IMG/VR virus record: IMGVR_UViG_3300033148_003000 | From: an uncultured virus (IMG/VR IMGVR_UViG_3300033148_003000) | Taxonomy: Duplodnaviria > Heunggongvirae > Uroviricota > Caudoviricetes | Strand: one strand, 5' to 3' | DNA: 41,479 bases | In this document: positions 9,449 to 18,704 of the stretch, piece by piece | How the letters are laid out: each line of letters opens with the position of its first letter | How positions within the stretch are numbered: the stretch's first letter is position 1 | Program-made: the position numbers and the translations under genes | Notes under the pieces: model-generated | What the model saw: only the letters and a program-made list of their open reading frames with translations | Database searches by the model: none | Told to the model about the DNA's origin: nothing

Positions 9449-10147
9449 TTATCTAAATACATCAAGAATACTGTGATGATAATCGTCAATTTTTCTTCTA
9501 TCACTAACTTTTTTCCATTTTTTATCTTCTTCATATGAATACAACATATCAGTTTCATCATCATAAAGACAATAATTTATATTATCATCTTTATAATTAT
9601 AACACTCGAATGTATGATTACATATATTATATTCTACAATTATATTTTTTTGTAAACATAAATATCTATGATATTTAGTATCTTTAATTTTTTGACAATA
9701 ATTATCTTCATCAACAACAAAATCTACTAATTGTAACCATGTATAATCTCTTTTTTGAATATAATTATAATCATGGGTACTTCCATTTTTATTCCTTATT
9801 TTATTTGTAAACAATTTTTGTAACAACTCACATGTTTTTAAGTATTCGCTACGTTTGCATTGACATTGTTCTTGAAATTGCACAACCAACTTCTGTATTT
9901 CATTTTTGGTTAATAACCTTTCATGAATTTCTTGTTGAGTTATACTAATTAATTCATTACATACAATAATATCAAAATATTCATAACTAGAAGCTAATTT
10001 TATATAATTATCATCAAGTTTAATTATCATTATACATTCATCTTTACGATTTTCTTCATAACGAACAAATTCCCAACCCAATTCTTTAGTAAATTCCTTT
10101 AAATTTTTATTTCTAAATGTTTCTTTAGATTTGTTAATATTACTCAT
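9449..10147 (-). CDS. Hypothetical protein, tandem paralog of 10144..10596
   Basis: Shared KYHR.L.L and YCLYD..TD.LY.YE.DKKW..V.DR. Confidence 0.7.
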   Translation of the reverse strand: MSNINKSKETFRNKNLKEFTKELGWEFVRYEENRKDECIMIIKLDDNYIKLASSYEYFDIIVCNELISITQQEIHERLLTKNEIQKLVVQFQEQCQCKRSEYLKTCELLQKLFTNKIRNKNGSTHDYNYIQKRDYTWLQLVDFVVDEDNYCQKIKDTKYHRYLCLQKNIIVEYNICNHTFECYNYKDDNINYCLYDDETDMLYSYEEDKKWKKVSDRRKIDDYHHSILDVFR

Positions 10148-10596
10148 TCACTTATCCAACCTTTCTTAACTAATCTATCATAAACCAACACCCATTTTTT
10201 ATCTTTTTCATATGTATATAAATTATCTGTTGAATTATCATATAAACAATAACATGTTGGATCATCATCGTTAATTGTTAAACACATAGTTCTACTTTCA
10301 ATAGAATTAAAAATCATAACACTATTTGTTAAAAGATTTAAAACTCTGTGGTATTTTCCACTATATAAGCCTTCTATAATTGGCACACCATTATAAGTAT
10401 CAAAAATAACACAATCAACTGATTGTTTCCAAACAAATTTATTTCCCATTACCATAGAAACTAAATGATCTTTATTCAGATTGATTTGATTCACATATAT
10501 TTCACATAATTGTTGATTGGCTTTTTGATTTATTTCCTTTTCTATGTTTTCATGTAATTGGTTTAATTCAACAATTAATTCACACATTTTTTTCAT
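10144..10596 (-). CDS. Hypothetical protein, tandem paralog of 9449..10147
   Basis: Same shared C-terminal motif. Confidence 0.7.
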   Translation of the reverse strand: MKKMCELIVELNQLHENIEKEINQKANQQLCEIYVNQINLNKDHLVSMVMGNKFVWKQSVDCVIFDTYNGVPIIEGLYSGKYHRVLNLLTNSVMIFNSIESRTMCLTINDDDPTCYCLYDNSTDNLYTYEKDKKWVLVYDRLVKKGWISE

Positions 10597-10634
10597 ATTT
10601 ATCTCTAGATATATTTATAGTCATTTTGTTCTCC

Positions 10635-11231
10635 TTAATACAGCGGTTTTACTATAACAGGAACCCAAGAATTAAATCCACGTCTTTTCAATATTTGTTC
10701 AAATACATCATGTCCTGGGGTTTTCAGTTTTTTTCTATTTAAAACTTGATCTATTTTGTAGTAATATTCATGTTTACAGTGATTATAATCACTGTTTGTC
10801 AAAGTGTCGGCTATTTCCCATTCTAATGATTTGTGTAATGTCGGATCGATATCTAACATTACCTCATTGGAAATATATCTAGCAAGTATTTCTTCATAAA
10901 GATAATTAGGTTTAATTCCGGCATTTCTACACAACAAATGAGTTAATTCATGTACCAAAAATTGACACATTAAACCGTGATCATTTTGTTTCACACATAT
11001 GTTATATTCCAGATCTTTATCTAAACAACAAAATCCCACCACAGTATTTTTACAAGAAGAATTATTGATACCAAATAACTTGTCGTAATATTTAAGTTCA
11101 TGTATTTTGTAGATAATAAAATTATATTGATAAGATCTGGTAGCATTTAAAACTCTTTTACCTAATTCTGATTGTCTCAAAGTTTTACACAATGATCTCA
11201 GAATTTTTAAATTTTCTTGTTTGTTATTCAT
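10635..11231 (-). CDS. Putative zinc metallopeptidase (HExxH; ImmA/IrrE/ArdC-like)
   Basis: FLVHELTHLL followed by EEILA. Confidence 0.6.
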   Translation of the reverse strand: MNNKQENLKILRSLCKTLRQSELGKRVLNATRSYQYNFIIYKIHELKYYDKLFGINNSSCKNTVVGFCCLDKDLEYNICVKQNDHGLMCQFLVHELTHLLCRNAGIKPNYLYEEILARYISNEVMLDIDPTLHKSLEWEIADTLTNSDYNHCKHEYYYKIDQVLNRKKLKTPGHDVFEQILKRRGFNSWVPVIVKPLY

Positions 11232-12506
11232 CTAATCCTCTAAATCATTTTTTTCTTTATTTTCTAAAGATACATCAATTTTAACAATAGGTGTTATAAC
11301 TATTTCAGATTTATCAATAATGATATTCTCTAACACATCTTTTAAAATTTCAGGATGTTCTGTAAATGTTTCTCCAACATCATTCAATATTACAGTATCT
11401 GATGGATCTAAATCTATTTCATTAATTGTAGTTTCTATCCTAATTCCTAGTTCTTCATCTTTAAACGGATCAAATGTTCCATCAATGATATTTCTGAAAT
11501 TGGGTCGTAATAATTCACTAGATAATTGGCCACATTTTTTATAAAACAAACCCTGTTCTCCTCCCAATTTTGAGAATTGGTTGGTAAAATCTTTAAGAAA
11601 GTCTTTCATTACATCTGTAGATAACTCCTTGATAATTTTTCTAAAATCTTTGTCTGTAATATCACCCATTTTAGATAAAACATTCACCAAACGGTTAGGT
11701 GTTACGTACTTTTCCATTTCCGTAACTAAATTGTGAAATTCAGGTGATAAATCTTCAAACTTACATTGTTTTTTTTCTTTATTCCTATTTCGAGAAACTT
11801 CTTTAAATTTTTCAGTTTTATTTTTAAGAATAACACGGGTCTTATTATGGAACCATTTAGGTTTATCAGGTTTGATTACAACTCCTTCAGCAAAGTTGTT
11901 GTCGATTTTTGGTAGATTGAATTGTTGATAAACCAACGACTCAAATAAAGGGTTATATTCTAAACATTCATCAAATGTTCCTCTAAACAGTATTGGTAAA
12001 TAAGGTATATCAAAAAGTTTACAATACATATCAAACTCTCTACCTGAAACAAACTCTTCATTAACCATGATATCAAATGCTAAAAATTGATTATCAGGTG
12101 AATACCAAACACCGTGTTGAATTTTCATGGCAGTTTTTATTGGTTCAACTTTTTCATGTTTATATTCACCACCACAATTTTCACCAAATATTCTAACAGT
12201 CACATGACCACTTTTCAATTCTTTGATTACATAATCGTATAAACAATTTATGGAAACTTCTAACTTATTTTTAAACACTAAAAATCCCCCGAAATTACTA
12301 TCCGGTGAAATTAAACCAGACCTTTTTCCCCATTGTATTCCTTCTGAGTCTTTTGAAATTTGCATATTCTGACCGTGTACCTTTTCTCTTACTTCCCAAA
12401 TACCTTGATCAAATTGACCTTCTCTAATATATTCAAGAGTTTGTTTTCTTTCAACATTTTCGATGTCATTATAACGTTTAAATTTCATCTCGTTCAATTC
12501 TTTCAC
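11232..12506 (-). CDS. rnl2: ATP-dependent RNA ligase, Rnl2 family
   Basis: Motif I EKVHGQN, IFGE..GG, FLAFDI, EGVVIKP and ILKNK, plus the Rnl2 C-domain (YVTPNRLVNVLSK). Confidence 0.9.
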   Translation of the reverse strand: MKELNEMKFKRYNDIENVERKQTLEYIREGQFDQGIWEVREKVHGQNMQISKDSEGIQWGKRSGLISPDSNFGGFLVFKNKLEVSINCLYDYVIKELKSGHVTVRIFGENCGGEYKHEKVEPIKTAMKIQHGVWYSPDNQFLAFDIMVNEEFVSGREFDMYCKLFDIPYLPILFRGTFDECLEYNPLFESLVYQQFNLPKIDNNFAEGVVIKPDKPKWFHNKTRVILKNKTEKFKEVSRNRNKEKKQCKFEDLSPEFHNLVTEMEKYVTPNRLVNVLSKMGDITDKDFRKIIKELSTDVMKDFLKDFTNQFSKLGGEQGLFYKKCGQLSSELLRPNFRNIIDGTFDPFKDEELGIRIETTINEIDLDPSDTVILNDVGETFTEHPEILKDVLENIIIDKSEIVITPIVKIDVSLENKEKNDLED

Positions 12507-12582
12507 TCGATGTCTCCTTTAGTTATTCTTCATTACTTTGTAATTTCATTTATTATAAATTATGGATTTAATTTACTTAATA

Positions 12583-12729
12583 TATAATATACTACATATT
12601 GACATCCTCACCTACAAGGTAATTCCTACTAAGTAGTTTCTATTTAAGCTACTCTTTCGGCGGGTTCCTGATTCATCGACTGACCAGTGTCACATTCTCC
12701 ACAGGCTATTACGGCATGCCCTGCCGCTA
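12583..12729 (-). ncRNA. TnpB omegaRNA (reRNA) scaffold plus flanking guide
   Basis: GCGGCAGGGCATGCCG..AGCCTGTGGAG...TCGATGAATCAGGAACCC...GTAGGAAT...GGATGTCAA is the typical IS605 right-end RNA. The adjacent guide would be TATGTAGTATATTATA. Boundaries are approximate. Confidence 0.65.
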
Positions 12730-12926
12730 ATTGTTATTAACCTTTACTTGTTAACACTTATTAATTTATAGACTTTATTATTTATGTTTAAATTATCTAT
12801 AACAATAGTTTGGTTATCACTTATTGTTTTAAACAATTTGGTAAGTAATCAAGTCTAACAATTTTGGTTTTTTCTTTCTTTCTTTCTTGTTTAGTTACTT
12901 ATCACCGTCCTTAAGGACGGAGTTTT
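12599..12926 (-). mobile_element. Non-autonomous IS200/IS605-family element (internally deleted tnpB)
   Basis: Minus strand: TTGAT target (12931-12927), then a left-end hairpin CCGTCCTTAAGGACGG and a TnpB-like fragment TISDNQTIVIDNLNI (about 12783-12830). The right end is ...GGAAT...GAGGATGTCAA. Confidence 0.8.
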
Positions 12927-13264
12927 ATCAATGATGATAAAATTGTTAATACTATAATAAATGTTGATATACATAACAATCCCACACATTGAAATATAAG
13001 TATAAATAATTCTAACATTTTATTTTATCATCGCCTTCATTAAATAATATAACCCAACACAAAAGAAAATAGTTATACTTATTAATATTGACATTCCTAA
13101 AATTGTTAAAATTGTTTCTATTATTAACATTTCATCTCCTTTTTTTATTTAAATCAATTGCTTGTAATAATATTACCCATATTATTCCCCAAATTATTGC
13201 AAATATCATTGTATTTTCTAAAATGATTAATAATAATTCGTTCATTTTATATCCTCATTTTATT

Positions 13265-13546
13265 TTAAAGAAAACTTTTTAATTTATCTAAAGATAATTT
13301 TCTCAAATTCTTTAAACCAAGTTGTTTAAGTTGACCAACTCTTGAAGAAGAAATTCCTAAATCATTTGCAATATCTGCATGAGTGTGTGACATACACATT
13401 AATAAAACTTCTCCCTGTTTACTAGTTAATGTTGTTAATAATTTTTCAACATTATCATTCAGTATTTCTTCATCTAATTTTTCATCTAAATCTTTCATGA
13501 ATTGACCATTATCTGATGAAGGATTCTCGTTAGATATGTTTATCAT
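13265..13546 (-). CDS. Stand-alone sigma70 region-4 HTH protein
   Basis: LTTLTSKQGEVL...THADIANDLGISSSRVGQLKQLGLKNLRK. Confidence 0.75.
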   Translation of the reverse strand: MINISNENPSSDNGQFMKDLDEKLDEEILNDNVEKLLTTLTSKQGEVLLMCMSHTHADIANDLGISSSRVGQLKQLGLKNLRKLSLDKLKSFL

Positions 13547-14343
13547 TTTTCTTTCTCCATTGTTAATTTCATTGTTGATTTCATTCTCCTATTAAGTGTA
13601 AAATTCCTAGAACGGTCATTACATTGTATATAATCTACCAAAACTGGTATGTATCCAGTGTTTTCTATCATTGATCGGTAGTAAACTGTTTTACCTTGTT
13701 GTATAATTGAATTTTCCAATCCATGTTGATGTCCATAAAGCACCACATTAAATTGATATTTTTCAATCAGTTGTTTAAGTCTTTTAGTTTCAGGTGGATA
13801 ATGTAAAACCAAAACCTTAACAAAATTTCCTAAATCATAAATTGAAGAAATAGCCTTCATTCTTTCTGAGAGTATTTTATAGTGAGATGTTCTGGTACGA
13901 TATTTTTGTGTATGTACAGATTCACATTTAGATCCCACAATAAAGAGATTTCTAATCGTATACCATGAATCATCTAAAGGTATAATTGTGAAGTAATCAC
14001 GTCTTAAATTACCAATGGTATACCATTGGTCATGATTACCTTTGATGATAAATTTCTTTCCTGGTAATCTTTCAATTTTATCCAAAACAATTTGAGCATC
14101 TTTGTAATTTTTACCCCAGACTGTATCACCACTTAGTATCACCAAATCATTTTGTCCAACAGTTGTTTTCCACAATTGTTGCCAATATTGTTGATATTCA
14201 TAACCTTTTCTTAAATGTTTTTCATCCATATAAATATGATTCAAAGGATGAAAATGACCATCACTGTAATGCCAAATTTTGATTTGTTGATTGGTCTCGA
14301 CTATCTTTGGATCTTTATTATTATTTTCTTTTTTATTATTCAT
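13543..14343 (-). CDS. Calcineurin-like metallophosphoesterase
   Basis: SDGH, SGD, KGNHD, LHYPP and YGHQH motifs. Confidence 0.85.
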   Translation of the reverse strand: MNNKKENNNKDPKIVETNQQIKIWHYSDGHFHPLNHIYMDEKHLRKGYEYQQYWQQLWKTTVGQNDLVILSGDTVWGKNYKDAQIVLDKIERLPGKKFIIKGNHDQWYTIGNLRRDYFTIIPLDDSWYTIRNLFIVGSKCESVHTQKYRTRTSHYKILSERMKAISSIYDLGNFVKVLVLHYPPETKRLKQLIEKYQFNVVLYGHQHGLENSIIQQGKTVYYRSMIENTGYIPVLVDYIQCNDRSRNFTLNRRMKSTMKLTMEKEK

Positions 14344-14349
14344 ACTCTT

Positions 14350-14377
14350 ATTATATCATAATTTTCTTCTATGTCTA
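14350..14377 (-). promoter_or_regulatory. Sigma70-type promoter, probably giving a leaderless mRNA
   Basis: TAGACA-16 bp-TATAAT with an extended TG. The ATG lies 6 nt after the -10 and has no SD. Confidence 0.65.
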
Positions 14378-14405
14378 TACAGTTTAATAATTTTGTTACA
14401 AATAT

Positions 14406-14942
14406 TTACTCAACCCAATTTAACCAATTTTCTATGTCAAAATCTTCATATTTTATTATTTCATCATCTTCCTCTATAACTTGACCAGATAAAATATTGC
14501 ATTTACTCTTTTGTATAATAATATCATCTGGATTTAATATAAAATTAACACGATAAGAATATTCATAGGTTTGATTTGCAATTTCATATTCATTATATTC
14601 CTTTTTATGAAAATCACTTTTTTCTAATTTTAACATAACTTTACTGTATAGTTCATGTACATTGTTTGTTCTCATATTATCCTCATTAACATCCGCATAA
14701 AAATTATCATTAAGATGTTCTCGTACATATTTAGCTTCATCTATAGTTTCTTTCCATCTTTCATCTGAACATGTTCTATGATATGGATATTCTCCAAAAT
14801 GTAATATTACATTTCCATCTTTCCACTCTTCCATGGTCATTATTTTATTACACAATTGACAACATAACGTTCCATCAACTAGCTCTAACGCAGCTTCTTT
14901 TTGAGTGTATGATATTCCGTATTCATCTTTCTTAGGTATGAT
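14406..14942 (-). CDS. Hypothetical protein (start uncertain; frame open upstream of the track start)
   Basis: The frame of 14406..14855 continues upstream as IIPKKDEYGISYTQKEAALELVDGTLCCQLC without an ATG. Confidence 0.55.
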   Translation of the reverse strand: MIPKKDEYGISYTQKEAALELVDGTLCCQLCNKIMTMEEWKDGNVILHFGEYPYHRTCSDERWKETIDEAKYVREHLNDNFYADVNEDNMRTNNVHELYSKVMLKLEKSDFHKKEYNEYEIANQTYEYSYRVNFILNPDDIIIQKSKCNILSGQVIEEDDEIIKYEDFDIENWLNWVE

Positions 14943-15011
14943 TTGTTAACTCTCTTTCTATAACATAAACACCATCTTTTAACACAACCCAATATCTAGT
15001 TATCCATCCAC

Positions 15012-15245
15012 CTAAATATTGTCGAGTTTTCTCATTAAATCTCGTAAAGAACTTGATGAATACCATCCTATTTCACATTTACAATCTACTAAATCTAAAA
15101 CTTTATTTAAACTGTTGTATTTATCAATAACAAGTTTTAAATTACAATTATGTATTAAATACCTATTTCCATATATATGAAAATTACCTTCTTCTAATAC
15201 TAAAACATGATCTTTAGACATATAAGGGAATTTAATTATCTTCAT
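15012..15245 (-). CDS. Hypothetical protein
   Basis: ORF track. Confidence 0.5.
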   Translation of the reverse strand: MKIIKFPYMSKDHVLVLEEGNFHIYGNRYLIHNCNLKLVIDKYNSLNKVLDLVDCKCEIGWYSSSSLRDLMRKLDNI

Positions 15246-15678
15246 TTAATTGCTCACCATATACTTGACCATTTTTCATCAAATATCTAATCAATTTAAC
15301 ATCAACCAATATTACAGAATCTTCTCCTTCTAAGTTTTCGAAACTTTCTTTATTAGGAATCGGTATAAAATACCCATGCGTATATTTACCTTTGTATCCA
15401 AAATCTTTTTTCTTTAGATAACTGTTTAATTTTGTTATTTCTAATTGTGGTAATATAATTATATTATCTCCATCTATAATTGATTTACATGTTTCACCAT
15501 CTTTATCTTTAACAAATAGAAAACATGTATCATGTTTAAATACATATTTACCTGGTAATAATAATTGTAAATCCATATTCCATGAACCGCCTTGATTACC
15601 AGTTTGTAATAGATTATTGGTAAATAGGATATCTTCCCAACATTTACTAGAAATTTCTAAATTTTCAATAATTTTCAT
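15232..15678 (-). CDS. Hypothetical protein
   Basis: ORF track, coupled to its neighbours. Confidence 0.6.
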   Translation of the reverse strand: MKIIENLEISSKCWEDILFTNNLLQTGNQGGSWNMDLQLLLPGKYVFKHDTCFLFVKDKDGETCKSIIDGDNIIILPQLEITKLNSYLKKKDFGYKGKYTHGYFIPIPNKESFENLEGEDSVILVDVKLIRYLMKNGQVYGEQLNEDN

Positions 15679-15920
15679 TATTCCTCACAATTCAATATTT
15701 CATTACAATAATCTCTTATTTTTTTAATATCTTTTAAATCTAATTTCATACATATTTCTTTAGACAAATGATCAAAACATATTTCATTAACATTTTCTGT
15801 ATCATCTTGTATTTCCATCATAGATATATAAACACCTTTTTTGTGTTTTTCCATGTCTATAATACACCAAAATCCAGTATATTTCTTTATTTCTAAATCT
15901 TTAACAATTTTCATATTCAA
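15678..15920 (-). CDS. Small hypothetical protein, paralog-like to 9204..9413
   Basis: Shared LDLKD..I..C.EI helix. Confidence 0.6.
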   Translation of the reverse strand: MNMKIVKDLEIKKYTGFWCIIDMEKHKKGVYISMMEIQDDTENVNEICFDHLSKEICMKLDLKDIKKIRDYCNEILNCEE

Positions 15921-16008
15921 TCTCCTTTAACCAAAATTTGACCATGATTTTGGTTTTATATCTTTAACATATTTTAATAATATTTCTTCTTGTTTAGTTA
16001 ATTTTGTG

Positions 16009-16398
16009 TTATAACTGATCATTATTCCCCTTTATTTTTCTTTTTGAAATTGAAGATATTTTATCAACCTTTTCATGTTTTAAAAATTCTTTATAAAATT
16101 CTGTAAACAATTTTAATGTTTTAATAGGCGTGTCTTCACAAGCACCTACACCTGGTAATTCCTTAGAAATAGCTATGAAACATGATTCATCATTATCATA
16201 ATAGAGTTTAATATTAACTTCTTCATATCGTTTATTGAAATAATATTTATTAACTCTTTTTAAATAATTTTTATATAGTTTTTTGCCTAATAATGTTGGT
16301 TTTGGTTTTATAAAATTGATTGTTAAATTTTCTGAAATATTATCGCCAATATTTTCTATTTCTAATTTAAGAAATTTATTTAGTGTTTTATTTTCCAT
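16009..16398 (-). CDS. HicB-like antitoxin domain protein, no adjacent HicA
   Basis: YYDNDESCFIAISKELPGVGACEDTPIKTL resembles the HicB motif y.A..peLPG..a.gdT.eeal. Confidence 0.6.
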   Translation of the reverse strand: MENKTLNKFLKLEIENIGDNISENLTINFIKPKPTLLGKKLYKNYLKRVNKYYFNKRYEEVNIKLYYDNDESCFIAISKELPGVGACEDTPIKTLKLFTEFYKEFLKHEKVDKISSISKRKIKGNNDQL

Positions 16399-16798
16399 TT
16401 AATTTAATCCTCGTATTAATTTTATCTTTAATTTTATGGTAAATTTCATGTACATGTTTAGTAACTAATAGAATCTTGTCTATTTTACAATTATATTTAC
16501 TGTCAATATGATGTATTACATTATTTGTATTAAGTAATTTCCCATATTTATATTCCCCAACTAATCTATGTAAAGTTTTTTTAACTTTTCCTAATTGAAT
16601 TGTTGGATATGAATGTTTTTTAGTATTGATAAATATTTTATATTTCTTTTTAATTTTTATATTATTTTGATAACAAAACAAAATAATGGACTTTCTTAAA
16701 TGTTCATCATATTTAATATCAATATTTGAAAATATTTCAAATTTATATAAATTATTTAGTTTTTCTAATTTTTCTTTTTGATTCATTAACTTATTCAT
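16388..16798 (-). CDS. HNH endonuclease-like protein (possibly degenerate)
   Basis: YPTI...LHRLVGE...VIHHID..N......LVT...H...H. The likely start is the ATG at 16798. Confidence 0.7.
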   Translation of the reverse strand: MNKLMNQKEKLEKLNNLYKFEIFSNIDIKYDEHLRKSIILFCYQNNIKIKKKYKIFINTKKHSYPTIQLGKVKKTLHRLVGEYKYGKLLNTNNVIHHIDSKYNCKIDKILLVTKHVHEIYHKIKDKINTRIKLNGK

Positions 16799-16804
16799 AA
16801 TTTT

Positions 16805-16833
16805 AGTATAACACATAAATACCACCTTGACTA
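16805..16833 (-). promoter_or_regulatory. Sigma70-type promoter, probably giving a leaderless mRNA
   Basis: TAGTCA-17 bp-TATACT with an extended TG. The ATG lies 6 nt downstream. Confidence 0.6.
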
Positions 16834-16843
16834 GATGGTATTT
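16817..16843 (-). terminator. Hairpin overlapping the promoter (terminator or operator)
   Basis: AAATACCATCT-AGTCA-AGGTGGTATTT forms an 11-bp stem with one G.U pair. The U-tract is weak. Confidence 0.35.
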
Positions 16844-16858
16844 ACAATAATTAACAAT
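16841..16858. promoter_or_regulatory. HLR1-like direct repeat
   Basis: Plus strand TTTACAAT aa TTAACAAT. Confidence 0.45.
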
Positions 16859-16886
16859 AATTATGGAACAAAATTATTAAATATTA

Positions 16887-17165
16887 TTAAAATTTCCAAT
16901 CATTAGGTTCCATATTTTCTATTGTTGACATGGTTTCAATCTTTTCATTTAGAAGATTTCTTAATTTAATCAATTCGCTTAATGATAACACACTTGAACG
17001 ATAGTTTTCTCCTTCGCTCAAACCTTCCCTATTAAACACCTTGAAAACTAATCCAGTGATCATTTTAGTTGGATCTATACGAACCAATCCTGTTAAATAC
17101 AGTGTTTCGTTTATCCTATCTAAAACTGTTATTTTATGATGCAGTTTATTTATTTCTTTATTCAT
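16887..17165 (-). CDS. Hypothetical protein
   Basis: ORF track, with RBS AAGGA. Confidence 0.6.
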   Translation of the reverse strand: MNKEINKLHHKITVLDRINETLYLTGLVRIDPTKMITGLVFKVFNREGLSEGENYRSSVLSLSELIKLRNLLNEKIETMSTIENMEPNDWKF

Positions 17166-17201
17166 TTAATTATCCTTTTTAACCCAATCCAAAGATGGTT
17201 G

Positions 17202-17711
17202 TTACCAATCCATACTATATTCTCTATGTGTATTTCCGTCGGTTGTTGTGTTGATAAAATCCCAAACTGTTTTAAAATTATTACCCAATTTTTGCATTGA
17301 TGATGAAACTTGTTCTTGAGTAACATAATATTCCATTTGACGTAATTCTTTCTTTACTTCTTTGGTTGTTGTTTGGCCATTTTTTAACATTAAATATTCT
17401 GCTATTATATTAGTTTCAACATCATAATTTGTTGTTGGTGTTGCAATATCCGATAATGTGTAATCGTTGTCGTCATCACTATCAAAATAACTCTTCGATT
17501 TATCAATTAAATTATCATCAACTTGAACAGTATTCAAGTCACGTTTCATTCCGCTTTTGGAAATTTTACTTTGTATTGAAACTTCAGAACGTCCAGGTAA
17601 GAAATTTTCTAATTCTTTATTTGATTTAGTTAAAAAATTTTTTGTTAAAATTTGATCTTCTTCGTTAGACCAATGCGAACCTTTACTATTTTGATTTTTT
17701 ACATAATTCAT
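17202..17711 (-). CDS. Myb/SANT-like HTH domain protein
   Basis: HWSNEEDQIL...KELENFLPGRSEVSIQSK. Confidence 0.65.
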   Translation of the reverse strand: MNYVKNQNSKGSHWSNEEDQILTKNFLTKSNKELENFLPGRSEVSIQSKISKSGMKRDLNTVQVDDNLIDKSKSYFDSDDDNDYTLSDIATPTTNYDVETNIIAEYLMLKNGQTTTKEVKKELRQMEYYVTQEQVSSSMQKLGNNFKTVWDFINTTTDGNTHREYSMDW

Positions 17712-17733
17712 GTATTTCTCCTTCTTAATTTAA

Positions 17734-18009
17734 CTACCATACTTGTCCTTCCCATCCTTTTTTATTATGATACGTAATATAGCAATAACCGTCTTTATCC
17801 CTATAAACAGGAAAAAATTGGCCTGAATGAGAACAATATTCTTTTTTATTTTTAATTTTAATTTTACGTTTTATTTGGAAAAATGTTTTAGTTTCTCCAT
17901 TAGGATACATTTGTTTATGTTTTTCAATATCTTCTTCAATTTTTTTAATAGAATTAGAAAATCTAATCATATTATAATCATATAATACATATACTATTTG
18001 TGTATCCAT
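17734..18009 (-). CDS. Hypothetical protein
   Basis: Track ORF. The likely start is the ATG at 18009, after GAGG. Confidence 0.55.
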   Translation of the reverse strand: MDTQIVYVLYDYNMIRFSNSIKKIEEDIEKHKQMYPNGETKTFFQIKRKIKIKNKKEYCSHSGQFFPVYRDKDGYCYITYHNKKGWEGQVW

Positions 18010-18043
18010 AATTATTAACCTCAATTTAATCTTCTATTCCTTA

Positions 18044-18349
18044 CTAACTTAATTCCACTAAATATTCTAAGTATAAAGTTAATCCTATATCTATAATATT
18101 TTGTTGGTTATAAGGATTGTGATTATTACTTACCAATTTATGGAATATTTCTTTTAATTTTTGTTGAGAATAGTTAGACAATTCAATTGCACTAAAACTA
18201 GAACCACTTTTAGGTAATTGACCAACATTTCTGATAGGTCTTTCTGCATTTGGTATTACAAGGTTGACAAAATTTTGACTGTAGATTTAGTTTATCATAC
18301 CCAAATATAAATTTCCATATTTTATTAAACATCTATAAATATTTCTCAT
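18044..18349 (-). pseudogene. Hypothetical gene with an in-frame TAA
   Basis: MRNIYRCLIKYGNLYLGMIN*IYSQNFVNLVIPNAERP...LVELS*, with the stop at 18287-18289. Confidence 0.5.
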
Positions 18350-18422
18350 TTAATTTATATGTGACAACCTTTTCATATAAACCTTTTGTCATACATAATC
18401 CACTTTTCGTCTTTCTATTTAT

Positions 18423-18704
18423 TTAATCATCATCTTCTTCATAACAACATACAATAGAATTACCATCAGAGAATTTATCAACAAGATGTTTATAACGTTG
18501 CATTCTCAATAATAGCCAACTAACCATTGTGTTTGATCCTGAAACCTGTACAACACGGTTTTTACAATACTTTCTTCGTTCTTGACTATAGGATTCTTCC
18601 AACCATGTTTCACTTCTACAATTTAATTCTTCAATTAAATCATAAAGTGTTTTTAAATATGCAGGTTTAACCAATTTTTCGTCTAATTGAAATTGAACAA
18701 TCAC
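18423..18704 (-). CDS. Hypothetical protein
   Basis: GTG start after AGGAGG. Confidence 0.6.
   Translation of the reverse strand: MIVQFQLDEKLVKPAYLKTLYDLIEELNCRSETWLEESYSQERRKYCKNRVVQVSGSNTMVSWLLLRMQRYKHLVDKFSDGNSIVCCYEEDDD

Noticed and set aside
12599..12926. IStron or group I intron
   Set aside because: It is too short, has no recognisable group I core, and ends in TCAA rather than a terminal G.
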